Part shown: positions 27,746 to 41,449 of the stretch, in pieces | How positions within the stretch are numbered: the stretch's first letter is position 1 | How the letters are laid out: each line of letters opens with the position of its first letter | NCBI GenBank assembly: GCA_964016885.1 | Contig: OZ024751.1 | Coordinates: forward strand, 51,398,001-51,462,000 | DNA: 64,000 bases | Origin: Eledone cirrhosa | Taxonomy: Eukaryota | Direction: 5' to 3' | Notes under the pieces: model-generated | Seen by the model: the letters and a program-made list of their open reading frames with translations, nothing else | Database searches by the model: none | What the model was told of the DNA's origin: nothing | Program-made: the position numbers and the translations under genes

Positions 27746-28472
27746 TAATATATCAAATTGGAGGCGGTAAAAACCAATTAGACCATTACTCTCCAGAGTA
27801 CTCGATACTTGGGGATCCTGAATTTTTTTCATATCTCTACATATATATATATATGTATTATGACTTCTACAGGATTAGAATAGTTCTAATCCTGTGGAAG
27901 TCACAACTAGACACAACTCAGGAACCTATATATTATATATAAATTATTCAACTTGGTAGATATAGGGGAGGGGAAAATTATATATATTATTCATTAGAAA
28001 AAGTCACACCTAATTCTGAATTGGAAATTAAATGTATGAAGTTGTTTGTCACCAATCTGTAAATACACTTTGGCTACTTGTCAAATATGGGACCTGCCTA
28101 CATGGTAGAAGGAGGCGAATTGGTACTGCTACTTTACAGATTGGGCTGAGTGCCTTTTTAATCATAGTAGCAACACTGGGGAAATATTGATGAGAGTGCA
28201 AGACTCATACGACCACGAGAGAGGAAGTGTCAAATCATTGAGGCTATCTTGAAGAGAGTTGGTTATGTCTGGTCCTATATTTTGAGACATGCCTGGCTTA
28301 CCATGCTGGTATGGGTTGGACAAGGAACATGGATGTGGGTGGGAGTTGGGAGCACATCTTTCTTCCAGGCTGACATGTGTTTGACAAAGGAAGTGAAATG
28401 TGGATTTAGGAAGGGAAAACATTAAATATGATATGGTATCCCTCTTATAATATCTATTTCCATGGAGGCCAC

Positions 28473-28699
28473 TTAACCCTTTAGTATTTAAACCGGCCAT
28501 ATTTGGCCAGAAATCTCTCACCTCTTTCTGTTCAAACCGGCTGTAATCTGTTGCTCATAGTTATGTTAAGATATTGTTCTCAAAATAAATAAGATCAAAA
28601 TCTCATAGATTCGATAATATGTGAAATATTATGTGAGGTAAAGCCTTTACTGCGAAATACAATAGTATATATAGAGTAATGTAAATGCTAAAGGGCTAA
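28473..28699 (+). mobile_element. piggyBac-type MITE (about 225 bp)
   Basis: TTAA-CCCTTTAGTATTTA...TAAATGCTAAAGGG-CTAA; terminal inverted repeats with CCC/GGG ends and a TTAA-like target site; 4 copies in the window. Confidence 0.8.
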
Positions 28700-29688
28700 A
28701 TGTCAAAACCTCCATTGTGCCTTTTTTTTCTCTCTCTCCACAGAGAACAATTGACCAATCAGAACACAGAACAAGATTTCTGGATTGCATTTTTTTTGTA
28801 TTCATTTTTTTTTTTATATTATCATTAATTAATTTATCTGTTTCTTTTATTTCTATTTATTTCTTTTTACAAAAGATTAATTAGAAACTAATATAAACCT
28901 AAAACAAAAAAAAACAAAAAAAATGAAGAGAAATACAAAACAAAATATAAGAGGGAGCCATTAGTGGTGGGTGGTTGTTGTTGTTGGTGGTGGTGGTGGT
29001 AGCAGTTAATGTTGTTGTTACTGGTGTTATTGTTGTTGGGATGATGGTGGTAGGGGTTGCTGTTGTTGTTAGTAGTAGTAGCTGGTGGTGGTGGTAGTGG
29101 TGGCAGTTATTGTTGTTGTGGTGATGGTGGTGGTGGTGGTGGTGGTTGGGGTGGTTGTGGGTGTTGTTGTTGTTAGTGGTAGTAGCTGCTGGTGGTGGTG
29201 GTGGTGGTGGTGGTGGTAGTGGTAGCAGTTAATGTTGGGATGATGGTGGTGGTAGGGAAAGGTGTTGTTTTTGTTGTTAGTAGTGGTAGTTGGTGGTAGT
29301 GGTGGCGGTGGTGGTGGTAGCAGTTAATGTTGCTGTGATGATGATGGTGGTAGGGGTGATGTTGTTTTTCTTGTTTCTGTTGGTGGGGAAAGATTAGAAG
29401 CCAAATTTAACTTTTGGTTAATTATGAAACAATGAGTCTTATCTATCTATTACATTATTGCTTTTCCCAAAAGATATCATACAGCAATCTATTGGAAACC
29501 TTGCAGTTCAATACATGGAACTGATCATTGACGATGCGTGAAGTCTTTTTTTCTTTTTATTTTATTGCTTTTTTGGCTTCAGTCCTGTTTTATTTGCAAT
29601 ATCCCTGGACATCGTTTCTTATCTCCCATGAAATTAACTCTTTGTTATTATCCCATCTTATTACAACTCTTTTGCATTCTTCTTCTTC

Positions 29689-29731
<43 letters not shown>

Positions 29732-30265
29732 GTAGTTTTATTGTGTGCTTTCATTGCACAATTGAGCGCAGCTCTTTGTATGTTGGTTATGTGCAATTAC
29801 CGCTGTTATTGCTTATTCTTTTATTATTTTACTAATCTCAGTAAAAACCATCATTCCATCAGTCTGTCATTCAGTCATTCTGTAAAAAAACCATCATTCC
29901 CTTAATCCGCTATTCAGCCATTCTGAAAAACACAATCATTCCACCATTCTGTCATTCAGTCATTCAGTAAAAAATATTATTCCATATAAACCATCATTTC
30001 ATCATACTAACATTTCAGCAATTCATTATTCCCTAAAGACCGTCATTCCATCATTCCAACATTCTATCATTCATTCAATCAGTTGTTAGTTACATTCTGT
30101 TGTCTGCATTGCCAACCAGTTCTGCTTCTCCCTCCACAAACATTTATCAAATATCTACAGGCATTTGAACTCTTGCCAGCTAACTTAAAGGACTCAGAAT
30201 CATGTGCACACACACTCACACACATATATATATATATATAAATATATATATAAATATATATATAC

Positions 30266-30326
<61 letters not shown>

Positions 30327-30455
30327 TGTAAATATATAGTTATATATATATATAAATAAATATATATATTATATTATATATATATAAACACACACATTTA
30401 TGAACACATAAACATTGCTGAAACAAATCAAAACACCTAAGTCTATTTTTCTATG

Positions 30456-30524
<69 letters not shown>

Positions 30525-31119
30525 CATATTCATATTATATATATACATATATATATATAATAAAAATATAACGAGAGAGAGCGAGAGAGGAGGGGATGGA
30601 AACTGGACATTAAATGTTGATGATGATCTTACACATATGCACTTACGCATACAAATATATTGTTGATGCAAAGCAAAGCAGCTAAAAGCAATTTTACAAT
30701 GCATATTCAGTGCATCATCAAGCAGACAATGCAATAACGTGCAATGCCAAATTTGTGGCAGTTACTGCGATGCTAAAAATAGCCCCCATTTACCGTCGTG
30801 TGCACAGTGCAAAAAACAAAAAAACAAATCTAAAAAACAGGAAGCCAAATATAAAACAAAAAACGTATCTGTGTATGCATATATATATATATATACACAC
30901 ACACATATGCATAGATATCTACATATACATACATATGTACACATACATATATATACATACACATCCATGCATACACATACATACACATACATACACATGC
31001 ATACACATATATATATATACATATATATACATACATATATATACATACACATACATAAATATATATACATACACATACATATACATACATATATATATAT
31101 ATAAACACATCTATTTATA

Positions 31120-31161
<42 letters not shown>

Positions 31162-32304
31162 ACGTTTGTGACTGATTTCTATTTGTATTTTTTTCTTCCC
31201 TTTTGTTTGTCTTTCATTCTTGCTTATTTTTAGGTATTTTGTTCCCACCTTCCTGCCACTTCCCACCCTCCTCTCTACTCCTGTCCCTCATTTGTTGGTC
31301 ATCTACCAACAACTAAACAATAGAAAATGTATTGGTCAGTCAGCTATGGAATAAACAAGTCAGAAGGAAATAATGAAGGGTTTTGGTGTGTGGTGGAGCT
31401 AGTAGTAGTGAGGGTGGAGGGGGTGAAAACATGTTTTTGTTTTTCGTTTTATTTTCGTTTTTGTGTGTGTTATGGTAGATGGCTTATTGTTACTGTTGTA
31501 GTTGGTCCTTGATGGAACGGTTGTGAAATATTTCAAAAGACAAACCTGTTATTTATTTGTTCCCCATACATGAAAAAACAAGCATACATGAAAAAACAAG
31601 CTTGTACACACACATTCATGCATATACGTATGTGCAAACTGAAATATTCACATCTTGTCAACATTTTAGTAAATATCTACTTGCTTCTTGGAAATACCAT
31701 CCACCAGACTACCAGCCACACCAGCAGATAATTCTTTTCTAAAATTTTCAGCCTTTTACATTATCTTCTTCGATTATATACACTTCACTAGCCAAACATT
31801 CATCCAATATATCGCTGTATTTACTTCAGGGTCACCATCTACCTCAGAGGATGAACGAATTAATACCACTTTTCAAATCTCTTCTATATTTAACACAATC
31901 CCTTTCAAGTAATATATGTTTTTTTATTAGCTACAAATATTATTGGAGTTACCAAAGAACCATAAATTTCACATTAAAACACTTTTCCAACTGAGATTGA
32001 AATATTCTGAGAGATATATTTATATTGACAGTCTTTGCAGGGTGTCATGGCACTAGAATGACCACAGGGTGGTCTGGTTGTCTTTTGTTGTAGCACCAGT
32101 AATGATCCCCTTACAGATGGAAAAGTCCTTCATACTATATCACAGTAGAAAAGGAAATATACTTTCGATAATGTAGTCCTAGATACACTATGCTTGGCAG
32201 GATGTTCATGCCTAGGTCTATTCAACTGCAGATGACCTGGTACCAAACAATGGCGCCTCCTACAATGTTACATCTCATAAGAGGTTTTTTGTGTGTTTTA
32301 ATGA

Positions 32305-32445
32305 TAAGGGGACCCCAGTTCTATCATGAAAAGCAATGTGAAATGAACACTTTCTTTAAGAACACAATGGGCCACCCAAGACAGTGATTAAACCCACGAC
32401 CTTATGATAATTAGTCCAACATCCTAACCACTAAGCCACACACTT
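32305..32445 (-). mobile_element. Old tRNA-derived SINE head (SINE B-related)
   Basis: Minus strand GTGTGGCTTAGTGGTTAGG...GTGGGTTTAATC...tcatttcacattgct. Confidence 0.6.
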
Positions 32446-33429
32446 TCACCAAATTTATATAAAAGTACGAGACCAGTTGACCTTAATGGTAGCGCCAAAA
32501 CTGTGCTGCTTATTTATTCTATCATCATTGCAAGAATAGCAGCATACATATAAATAATGGTAATTCATAAATATTCAGGAGAAAGATTAGAGTTCTTAAG
32601 TACTTAAGAATGCAGAGAAGTGAGAAGGATAAAAAATATTGCATGATAACAAAAATAGTGTAGGCACAAAGTTCAATTACTATACAGCTTCCATTTTAAA
32701 TTCAGACAGCTACAAATAAAAAGACAAACATCAACACCATACCAAAATATTCATTGCTTGGAACTGTTAATATTCTAAGGGAAAATATATACTGTCTGAA
32801 TTAAGGCTTCAGATCTGTTGGAAAGATACCTGCACTATGTATGTATATATACATATATATATATAATCATCATGAGAATAATAAGTATATATGAATATAA
32901 ATGTATGTGTGTGTGTGGCTATATATATATATATATGTGTGTGTGTAAACTCACACACATGGATATGCCAACAAAAAATGATAGAAGCTCATACATACAT
33001 ACACACAAACACACACATCACTATCATCATCACCTTGATCATAGGTATATATATACATACACAATCTAGTCACTAAAATATAATATGAAAGAAAAAAAAC
33101 ACCTAAATTATACATTTAAAATATGTATTCTTGATAACTTAAGTATCAGCATGACTAATCAATTTATTACATTTATCTTTCTTTATACATACATATATAT
33201 GTGGGTGTATATATATATGTGTGCACGTGTGTGTATATGTATATATGTGTGTGCATTTGTGTACATATATAAGCACATGCACTCATATATATGTGCATAT
33301 ATATAACTGATATATATATATATATCTACACCTCTATAATATGTGCATATATATAACTGATATATATATATATATATCATTGTTTATCATCTGTTTTCCT
33401 TGCTATATATCAAGCCTACTTCATACATT

Positions 33430-33720
33430 AAGAAGCTAAATACCTCTCCAACACCTTATATGGGCATAATAATAGAAAAAGAAATTATACAGTGCACCCC
33501 ATAATCAACAAGTATACAACACCTAATTGCCAGAACCAAGCATATAAATACTCTACCCTCCTCACCCACTCTCCTCCCACCAAAGAAATTTGCTCTCTGA
33601 AGAGGCTCATTAAAGCAGAAATTGTCACTTATCTTTGAAACATATAATCGATATTCTGTTCACATGTATTGAGTGCTTGTTCAGTTAATATTTGACTGGT
33701 TATATCTATGTTTTTATATG
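33430..33720 (+). mobile_element. Possible Penelope-like 3' end with a decayed hammerhead
   Basis: SNTLYGHN resembles the PLE C-terminal LxTLxPxGLN motif; CTGAAGAGGCTCATTAAAGCAGAAATTGTC at about 33597. Confidence 0.35.
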
Positions 33721-33769
33721 AAACACTCCAGTCTTATATATCATCATCATTGTATGTATGCATACTTAC

Positions 33770-34045
33770 ACATACACATATATGTATACACTCACATACA
33801 CATATATGTATATACTCATATACACATATGTATACACTCACACATACACATATATGTATACACTCACATATACACATATATGTATACACTCACATATATA
33901 CATATATGTATACACTCACATACACATATATGTATACACTCACATACACATATATGTATACACTCACATACACATATATGTATACACTCACATACACATA
34001 TATGTATACACTCACATACACATATACACTCACATACACATATAC
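33770..34045. repeat. 24-bp minisatellite (tatgtatacactcacatacacata)
   Basis: Direct reading. Confidence 0.9.
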
Positions 34046-34183
34046 ACTGTCCAACCCTTGCTAGCAAGGAAAACGGATATTACATGATTAAACATATACA
34101 CACACATATATATATATATATATAAATACACACACACATATATATATACACACACACATATATATACACACATACATATATAA

Positions 34184-34264
<81 letters not shown>

Positions 34265-34399
34265 TACATATATAAATATATACACACATATATATATATA
34301 TATATATACACACACATATATACACACACACAGATATATAAATATATACACATATATATATATACACACACACACATACACACATGTATATACACATAA

Positions 34400-34430
<31 letters not shown>

Positions 34431-34477
34431 TATATATATACACACACACATACACACATATATATACACACACACAC

Positions 34478-34512
<35 letters not shown>

Positions 34513-34964
34513 TATAAATACACATGCACACATATATATATATACACACATATACACATAGATTTATTAAATCTACACCTCCATAATACAGTTTCATTTT
34601 CTCTCTCCATTTCCAAAACGCCTTCTATCTAAATCCCATCCCTTCCCCTCTACCTAGCTGCTACCCATAATTCCACAGGCGCTACTAGCAGCAGGAATAC
34701 AGTACCAATACTAATAGAGTAGATATGAACTATTGACAACTTCACCCAAGTGATTGCTATAAATATACTGTCTCGATAACCAACAAGCCAGAGGGATAGG
34801 TATGAGAAGGGGGAGGGGGTGTAGAGAAATAAATCAAATGAAAGTAGCAAGTTGTCACATTAGTAGTATGTTAATACTAATGGCTGGGATATCATATTGA
34901 TCTTGATCACATGTATAAGAGAAATGACTGAAACACTCAATGGACTAAACCCTAAGTATTATCT

Positions 34965-35340
34965 TTCTTAGTTCAAATCCTGCCGAGGTTAGCTTTGTTT
35001 TTCATCCCTTACGTTGTCGATAAAATAAACTAGTAATTCACTGGAGTCGATTTAATCAACTTTCCCCTTCTGAGTTCAAATCCCACTGAGGTTAACTTTG
35101 CCTTTCATTGTTACGGGGTCGATAAAATATTGCACCAGTAATGCACTGGGTAATTGCTGGCCTTGTGACAAAATTAGAAACATTATTACAGCATAGAGTT
35201 ATAGCTCTTTGTGTTCTAAATTCAAATCCTGTCAAGGTTAGCTTTACCTTTCATCCTTTCGATAAAATAAAGTACCAGTAATACACTGGTGTTGATTCAA
35301 TCAACTTACCACTCTCCAAAACTGTTGACCTTGTTCCTAA
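34965..35340 (+). mobile_element. Cluster of three partial SINE family A copies
   Basis: Three (g)ttcaaatcc...aggttarcttt...gataaaata segments. Confidence 0.8.
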
Positions 35341-35518
35341 ATCCGTCCAACAACAAAGTACTGCTTACATATCGGTGACAGTATTACTATTTGGCCTACA
35401 ACTGAGTATTGCTCTAATATCTGGGACAATGCTGGTATCATATATCCATATACTTTTATGAATGTTTGACTAGCAGAGACATGTTTGTGTCTAGTGCAAG
35501 ATATAATATATATATTTT

Positions 35519-36048
35519 ATGTCAGGTCGCTCTCAAGTGTTACTGGCAACATGTAACCCTGTACAACCTGTCTCATGGTCAGGTCGTCAGCAACTAAATC
35601 AACAACCCCACCAACCTTGCTTGGTGAGGTGGGTGATATTTGGACACCCTGCAGAATGAAATACAAGACACAGCAAAGGGCAGAGGAACTCAACAGAGTC
35701 AACAGCCATCCAAATAGTACTTTTTTTTTTTTTAACCTGGGAGTGAAAGGCCCCCAGTTGTTGTCACAAGACCTTTCTAGGAGAGGGAAACTCTGAAAAA
35801 AGAAAAACCTGTGGCTTTGGAAGCATCTGATGATGTTGACCAGCTCTCCTTTTCGGGTACTGTTTTCGATGCTCAGAGAGTGGGATAGGTCGAGTGCAAG
35901 GCCTTTCTCCACTTAAAAACCTTTCAAAGCACAGGCATTGCTTGATCAGGATATGTTACATGTTTGTGTGACTGGCTGTAACCTAAAGAGCACCAAACTC
36001 TATAATCTGACAAGCGATTGCAGTACTCTTAGCAGAGTTGCAGCCATC

Positions 36049-36049
<1 letters not shown>
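35519..36049 (+). mobile_element. Second copy of the RTE-derived non-autonomous element (see 3901-4510)
   Basis: atgtcaggtc...ctggcaacatgtaaccctgtacaacctgtctcatggtc...gagttgcagccatcat. Confidence 0.75.
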
Positions 36050-36124
<75 letters not shown>

Positions 36125-36139
36125 GTGTATATATATATA

Positions 36140-36202
<63 letters not shown>

Positions 36203-36247
36203 ATATATATATATGTGTGTATATATATGTGTGTGTATATATATGTG

Positions 36248-36280
<33 letters not shown>

Positions 36281-36291
36281 ATATATATATA

Positions 36292-36342
<51 letters not shown>

Positions 36343-36469
36343 ATATATATATATATATGTGTGTGTGTATATATATATGTGTGTGTATATATATATGTGT
36401 GTGTGTGTATATATATATATATATGTGTGTGTGTATATATATATGTGTGTGTATATATATATATATGAT

Positions 36470-36820
36470 GGAGGCACATGGCTTAGTGGTTAGAGCATTG
36501 GCCTTGCAATCGAAAGGTTGTGAGTTCAATTCTCAGACCGGGTGATGTGTTGTTTCCTTGAGCAAGACACTTTATTTCACATTGCTCCAGTTTACTCAGC
36601 TGTAGAAATGAGATGATAGGGACTGGGGTCCCTATCATTCCACTGCAAAGTGGTCGTGGAGGTGCCACGGTAAAAGAGCATCTAGCACTCACTGTAAATG
36701 AGGTTGGTGTTAGGAAGGGCATCCAGCTGTAGAAATCAAGCCAGAATCAGTTCCCGTCCCACCCTTGCAAGCAGGGAAAAGTGGACGTAAAATGAAATGA
36801 TGATGATGATGAAATGAAAT
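36470..36820 (+). mobile_element. SINE family B, full length
   Basis: Near identical to 27402-27745. Confidence 0.92.
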
Positions 36821-36931
36821 ATATATGTGTATATATATATATATATATGTGTGTGTATATATATGTGTATATATATATATATATATATACGATATATTAA
36901 CAAATGGAAACTATATTTATAAAACCATATT

Positions 36932-36996
36932 TATTTCATTATACATATTTCAAGGAAACCAAGTTAAATTATGGTGTGCTTTCATCAGATAAAATA
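36932..36996 (-). ncRNA. Minimal type I hammerhead ribozyme (mirror copy)
   Basis: Minus strand: tattttat CTGATGA aagcacacca..tggtttcctt GAAA tatgta TA atgaaata. Confidence 0.6.
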
Positions 36997-37050
36997 TAAT
37001 ATAGATCAGTTTTATAAATAAATATTTATTTATAAAACTGATCTATATTA

Positions 37051-37115
37051 TATTTTATCTGATGAAAGCCCACCATAATTTAACTTGGTGTCCTTGAAAT
37101 ATGTATAATGAAATA
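37051..37115 (+). ncRNA. Minimal type I hammerhead ribozyme
   Basis: tattttat CTGATGA aagcccacca-taatttaact-tggtgtcctt GAAA tatgta TA atgaaata; 8-bp stem I, imperfect stem II, AUA cleavage triplet. Confidence 0.65.
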
Positions 37116-37713
37116 AATATGGTTTTATAAATATAGTTTCCATTTGTTAATATATCGTATTTTTACTCCAATAATTGTGTTGAGTGCTTTATATCAGTTA
37201 TAAAAATATTTGCTTGTTGTATCCCAACAATTTAAATAGAACTTCTATATATATATATATACATATATATATGTGGTTATTTGAACAACATTTATATCCT
37301 AAACGGACGGTAGTCCGTTTAGTAATATTGTTGTGGTCGTGTTTTTGTTGGCAATCGTCTGTTTACGATAGTACAGCGCGGCTCTACTTTATTTAACTGA
37401 GATAAAACTTATATGAGCATGAAGAGTACATCATTACGCATCTTTTGGCTTAAAAATCTAGAAATTTGGTCCAGCGGGAAAAAGTTTATAATCAAAGTTT
37501 GCTGATAAATCTTGTGTTCAAGTGAGTGAGTAGTAAGCGTGACGCTAGGGGAGGTAATCCAGAAATGACGTAGCTTTGTCATTAAGCCAGTTTCCTCAAC
37601 TAGATTGCAATTATACTCAAAAGAACTTTAAAATGTCAATCACTTGTCAGTAATTCACTATGATCATATAATTATTAGATAGTTGTTGCTTGCATTGCCT
37701 TAAAAAATAGTAG

Positions 37714-38841
37714 ACCAGATAGAAAAATGCGTACAGCAAAAAAAAGTAATATTGTTGGATATAAACCTTTAAAAATACAGGACAAGAAACTAAAATAAAA
37801 CTTTAAAAGAATAGGACAAGAAACTAAGATAAAACTTTAAAAGAATAGGACAAGAAACTAAGATAAAACTTTAAAGAATTGGACAAGAAATAAAACATTT
37901 TACAATAATATTAGTGGCAAATTTTTTTTATTCGTTTCCTGTGCTATGCCCCAGTATCTTCTTGATTAGTGCATAATAATTGTCATGCTCTCATTGTGCG
38001 TTGCCCCTGAGCGGTTGGTTCTGGTTGGGGTTGGTTGGCTGAGCAGTTCTGCTCCGTCAGAATGACCATTGCAAGAAGAATTGGCTGATGCAGCTGCAGC
38101 TCTCCTCCAAGAATGCACTTCTGGTCCCGCAACACCAGACGAAGATGGAGAAGACGACCGGGACAAGATGTCGACTCTGACCATCGACTACGGCACCTCC
38201 CTCAACCACCGGTCCTCCCTCCCTCTGTCCCGTCATCCCTCCAGTCCTCCTGCTCCCCCTTCCTTTACCAGAAAGCTGTGGCACGCATTCATCTGGACTG
38301 CCGGACTTGAACTCAAGGACAAGATGCAAGGAAAAGATGGACGGGTTGGTCAAGATCAAGGATGAGCGGGACGACAAGACCGTCCGCTGCTGCTCAAGAT
38401 CTGTGCTCATGGGCCCATGGGTCCATTCACATTATGCATCACACATGAGGTGTGTCGCCGAATGATGAAATAGGGGTATGGTTATGGCCCAATTGGTGTT
38501 CAAACCAGGATCAAATGATCCCCCCGGTCTGACGACGACCTCTGAATGTGGCACCCAGAGCCTATGAATGTGGAAATCGATTTTTTACCAATAAAAATTT
38601 TGCCACTAATATTATTGTAAAATTTTTTATTTCTTGTCCAATTCTTTAAAGTTTTATCTTAGTTTCTTGTCCTATTCTTTTAAAGTTTTATCTTAGTTTC
38701 TTGTCCTATTCTTTTAAAGTTTTATCTTAGTTTCTTGTCCTATTCTTTTAAAGTTTTATTTTAGTTTCTTGTCCTGTATTTTTAAAGGTTTATATTCCAA
38801 CAATATTACTTTTTTTTGCTGTACGCATTTTTCTATCTGGT
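37714..38841. mobile_element. Foldback element: long inverted repeats with internal 34-bp tandem units flanking a GC-rich core
   Basis: Arm 37714-37932 is the reverse complement of 38590-38841; unit ggacaagaaactaagataaaactttaaaagaata, with one extra unit in the right arm. Confidence 0.8.
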
Positions 38842-38849
38842 ATATATAT

Positions 38850-39068
38850 GACCATATTCTGCACCTGCCCAATGAACAACACTTGAAAGAAGCAATGGAC
38901 TGGACTCCACCTGGCGGCAAACGTAAGCGGGGTTGCCCAAGGATCACCTGGTGACAAATGTTCCGAAAAGACCTGATATCAGCCTACATCACTTGGCATG
39001 GATGCGAAAAAGCCGCTGTTAATTGTGACCATTGGCAACCATTGGAAAAACCTAAGACTAAGACTAAG
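38850..39068 (+). mobile_element. RTE-type LINE 3' end (different family) with (CTAAGA)n tail
   Basis: HILHLPNEQHLKEAMDWTPPGGKRKRGCPRITW*QMFRKDL...AVNCDHW. Confidence 0.85.
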
Positions 39069-39099
39069 ATATATATATATTTATATAATTATATGAAAA

Positions 39100-39305
39100 A
39101 TTTAACAATACAATACCATGATAGTAAATATTTGTTTAATGTGGGTCATAGTAGGAAAAGAGTCTCAAAGTTTCAGGCGTTAGTCCTTCATTGAAAGATA
39201 GAATGAAAGACAAAGAAGAAATAGAAGGATAGATAAGTGTAAGAAAAGGATGAAAACAGAAAAAAATTATTTTCAGTTAGAAAACGTGTTTGTAGTTAGT
39301 CAGCC
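39100..39305 (-). mobile_element. HHR family 2 element, decayed core
   Basis: Minus strand ggctgactaac...TCAATGAAGGACTAACGCCTGAAACTTTGAGAC. Confidence 0.6.
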
Positions 39306-40264
39306 TATATACATGTGTGTGTGTGTGTGGGGGGGGGTATATATGTGTGTGTGTGTATATATATGTGTGTGTATGTGTGTATATATATATATATATGTGT
39401 ATATATATATATATGTATGTGCGCATATATATATGTGTGTGTGTGTGCATATACATATATATGTATGTGTGCATATATATATGTATGTATATATATATAG
39501 CTTGATTTTATTTTCAAGTGTCTCATTATTTTCGACACATTTATCTATCATTCTGTGTGTGTGTGTGTGTGTGTGTATTTTGCCAATGTAAATAAATGAA
39601 TGATGTGAACTTCACTGGGGAAGCCCCCCACCCCCACCCCACCCACCCACCACCACCATCACCACCGCCACCACCACCACCATCGACTCCCAAAAAGTAG
39701 TATGCTTTGAATGATATTGGTTCTGCATGAAGTTCCACAGACACTCCCAAGTCCTTCTCACTAAGAGATGCAATGAACCAGTGGTTGGCTCATGGGAAAC
39801 CAGTAACCAACAGTTGTATTGTTCACCAGTTGTGGTGGAGAAGGAATAAAATAAATAATGGAAACATTTGGAGAATACATTGGTGTGCAACGGGAAGAAT
39901 TAGAGGAAAATGTCATGGTGGGTGTCCCTTACAACTAAAGTAAATCCGACTTTACAATGAAAAAATGCCTCCTGTGAATAATATTTGTTTCTTGGTTTTA
40001 TCTCACAAAACAGCTAAACTCTTGTGTGTATGTACTTGTGTGTGCATGTATCTTCATGTGTGTACACGTGTGTGTATGTGTATGAGTGTGTCTGCGTGTG
40101 TGTATGTAACTGTAACACCTGATGTAGTTATAGGGGTGCCGTCATGAAATATGTTATGGCTGGTGGACTTTAAACTTAGCTGAACCTAAACCTTCTCCAG
40201 GTTTGAACATAACCGGTTTCTTCCAGAGATGGTTGATAAATGAGAGAGAGGAAGAGAGAAAGAA

Positions 40265-40420
40265 GTATCAACCCTCAGTATTCAACTGGTACTTTATTTA
40301 TCAATCTTGAAAGGAGAAAAAGCTAAGTTGACCTCAGAAGGATTTAAGTAGAGAGAGCTGGAATGAATACAGCAAAACATTCTATTTGATGTTCTAATGA
40401 TTCTGCTGCCCATTTGCTGC
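40265..40420 (-). mobile_element. Diverged SINE family A copy
   Basis: ctggtactttattttatcaatcttgaaagg...aagttgacctc. Confidence 0.65.
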
Positions 40421-40452
40421 CTTCAGCAAAGAAGAGTATCATTTTAACTCCT

Positions 40453-40680
40453 TTAATCTTTTTGCATTTACATTATTCTATATTTACTATCATATTTTTA
40501 TGGTAAAGGCTTTACCTCACATAATTATCTCACATAATATCGAATCTACAACATTTTGATATTATTTATTTTGGGAACAATACCTTAACATAGTATGAAC
40601 AGCCAGCTACAGCCGGTTTGAATAGAAAGAGGTGGGAGAATTCTGGTCAGATAAGGCCATTTTGAATGCTAAAGGATTAA
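40453..40680 (-). mobile_element. piggyBac-type MITE copy
   Basis: Reverse complement of 28473-28699; TTAA at both ends. Confidence 0.8.
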
Positions 40681-41449
40681 CACCAAATTGCCTGAAATTA
40701 CTCCTTATTCAAGGATACACAACTGTCTGTTTTCAAGTTTATCTAAAAACCTTCCATTCTAATTTTATACCAGAATTTTTTTAAAAGCTTGCTTCAAACA
40801 TTTACTAAATATTACTAATAGTTATTTTACTTAAACCTGTCTAATTATTTGAAAATTATGGGTAGTGTCTTTCATTAAAATTATTGTAACTAAAGGGTTG
40901 ACTAATTACCAATTTGGTAAAAAATTAGTGAAAGGGTAAGTATTAAGTTATATCTATTGGTGTCAGACCTACACTGTAGGTAAATAAAGTTGTATTCTAC
41001 TTTCCCTTTTAAATGCTTCTTTATGCATTAAATATGTTGACACTGACTGACTGACGAGGTTATTAAACAGTTTTACTTTTCTACAGGCTAGTTTATTGAT
41101 AATAGTTACTAACAATGATAATGGTAGTCATTGCTGAGAGTATGTGTGTGTGATGGTAGAGGATGTATGTTGTGTGTTTATTGCATGTGTGATGCCAGTG
41201 ATGGTGCTGATTCCTCTGTGTGTATGTGTGAATTTGTGATGGTAGATGATGTGTGCTGTGTGTTTGTTGTGTTTATTGTGTGTAAGTGTGTATATGGTAG
41301 CAGTTGATGTTATGTGAGTGGGTATGATGGTTGTGGTGGATGTGAATATTGCATGTATGTAAATGATAGGATGCTGGTAAATGATGTGTGTGTGTGTGAT
41401 GATGATGGTTGTTCTGGGTAATGGTGTTTGTGAGTGATAATTCATTCAT

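Larger units (their letters stand above)
36887..37160. repeat. 274-bp loopless palindrome with 2 mismatches, axis at 37023/37024
   Basis: Arms compared base by base; centre ttttataaataaat|atttatttataaaa. Confidence 0.95.

Noticed and set aside
39680-39850. EKDLGV-containing frame suggesting a CR1 LINE or an exon
   Set aside because: Only a single short motif, with no further RT similarity
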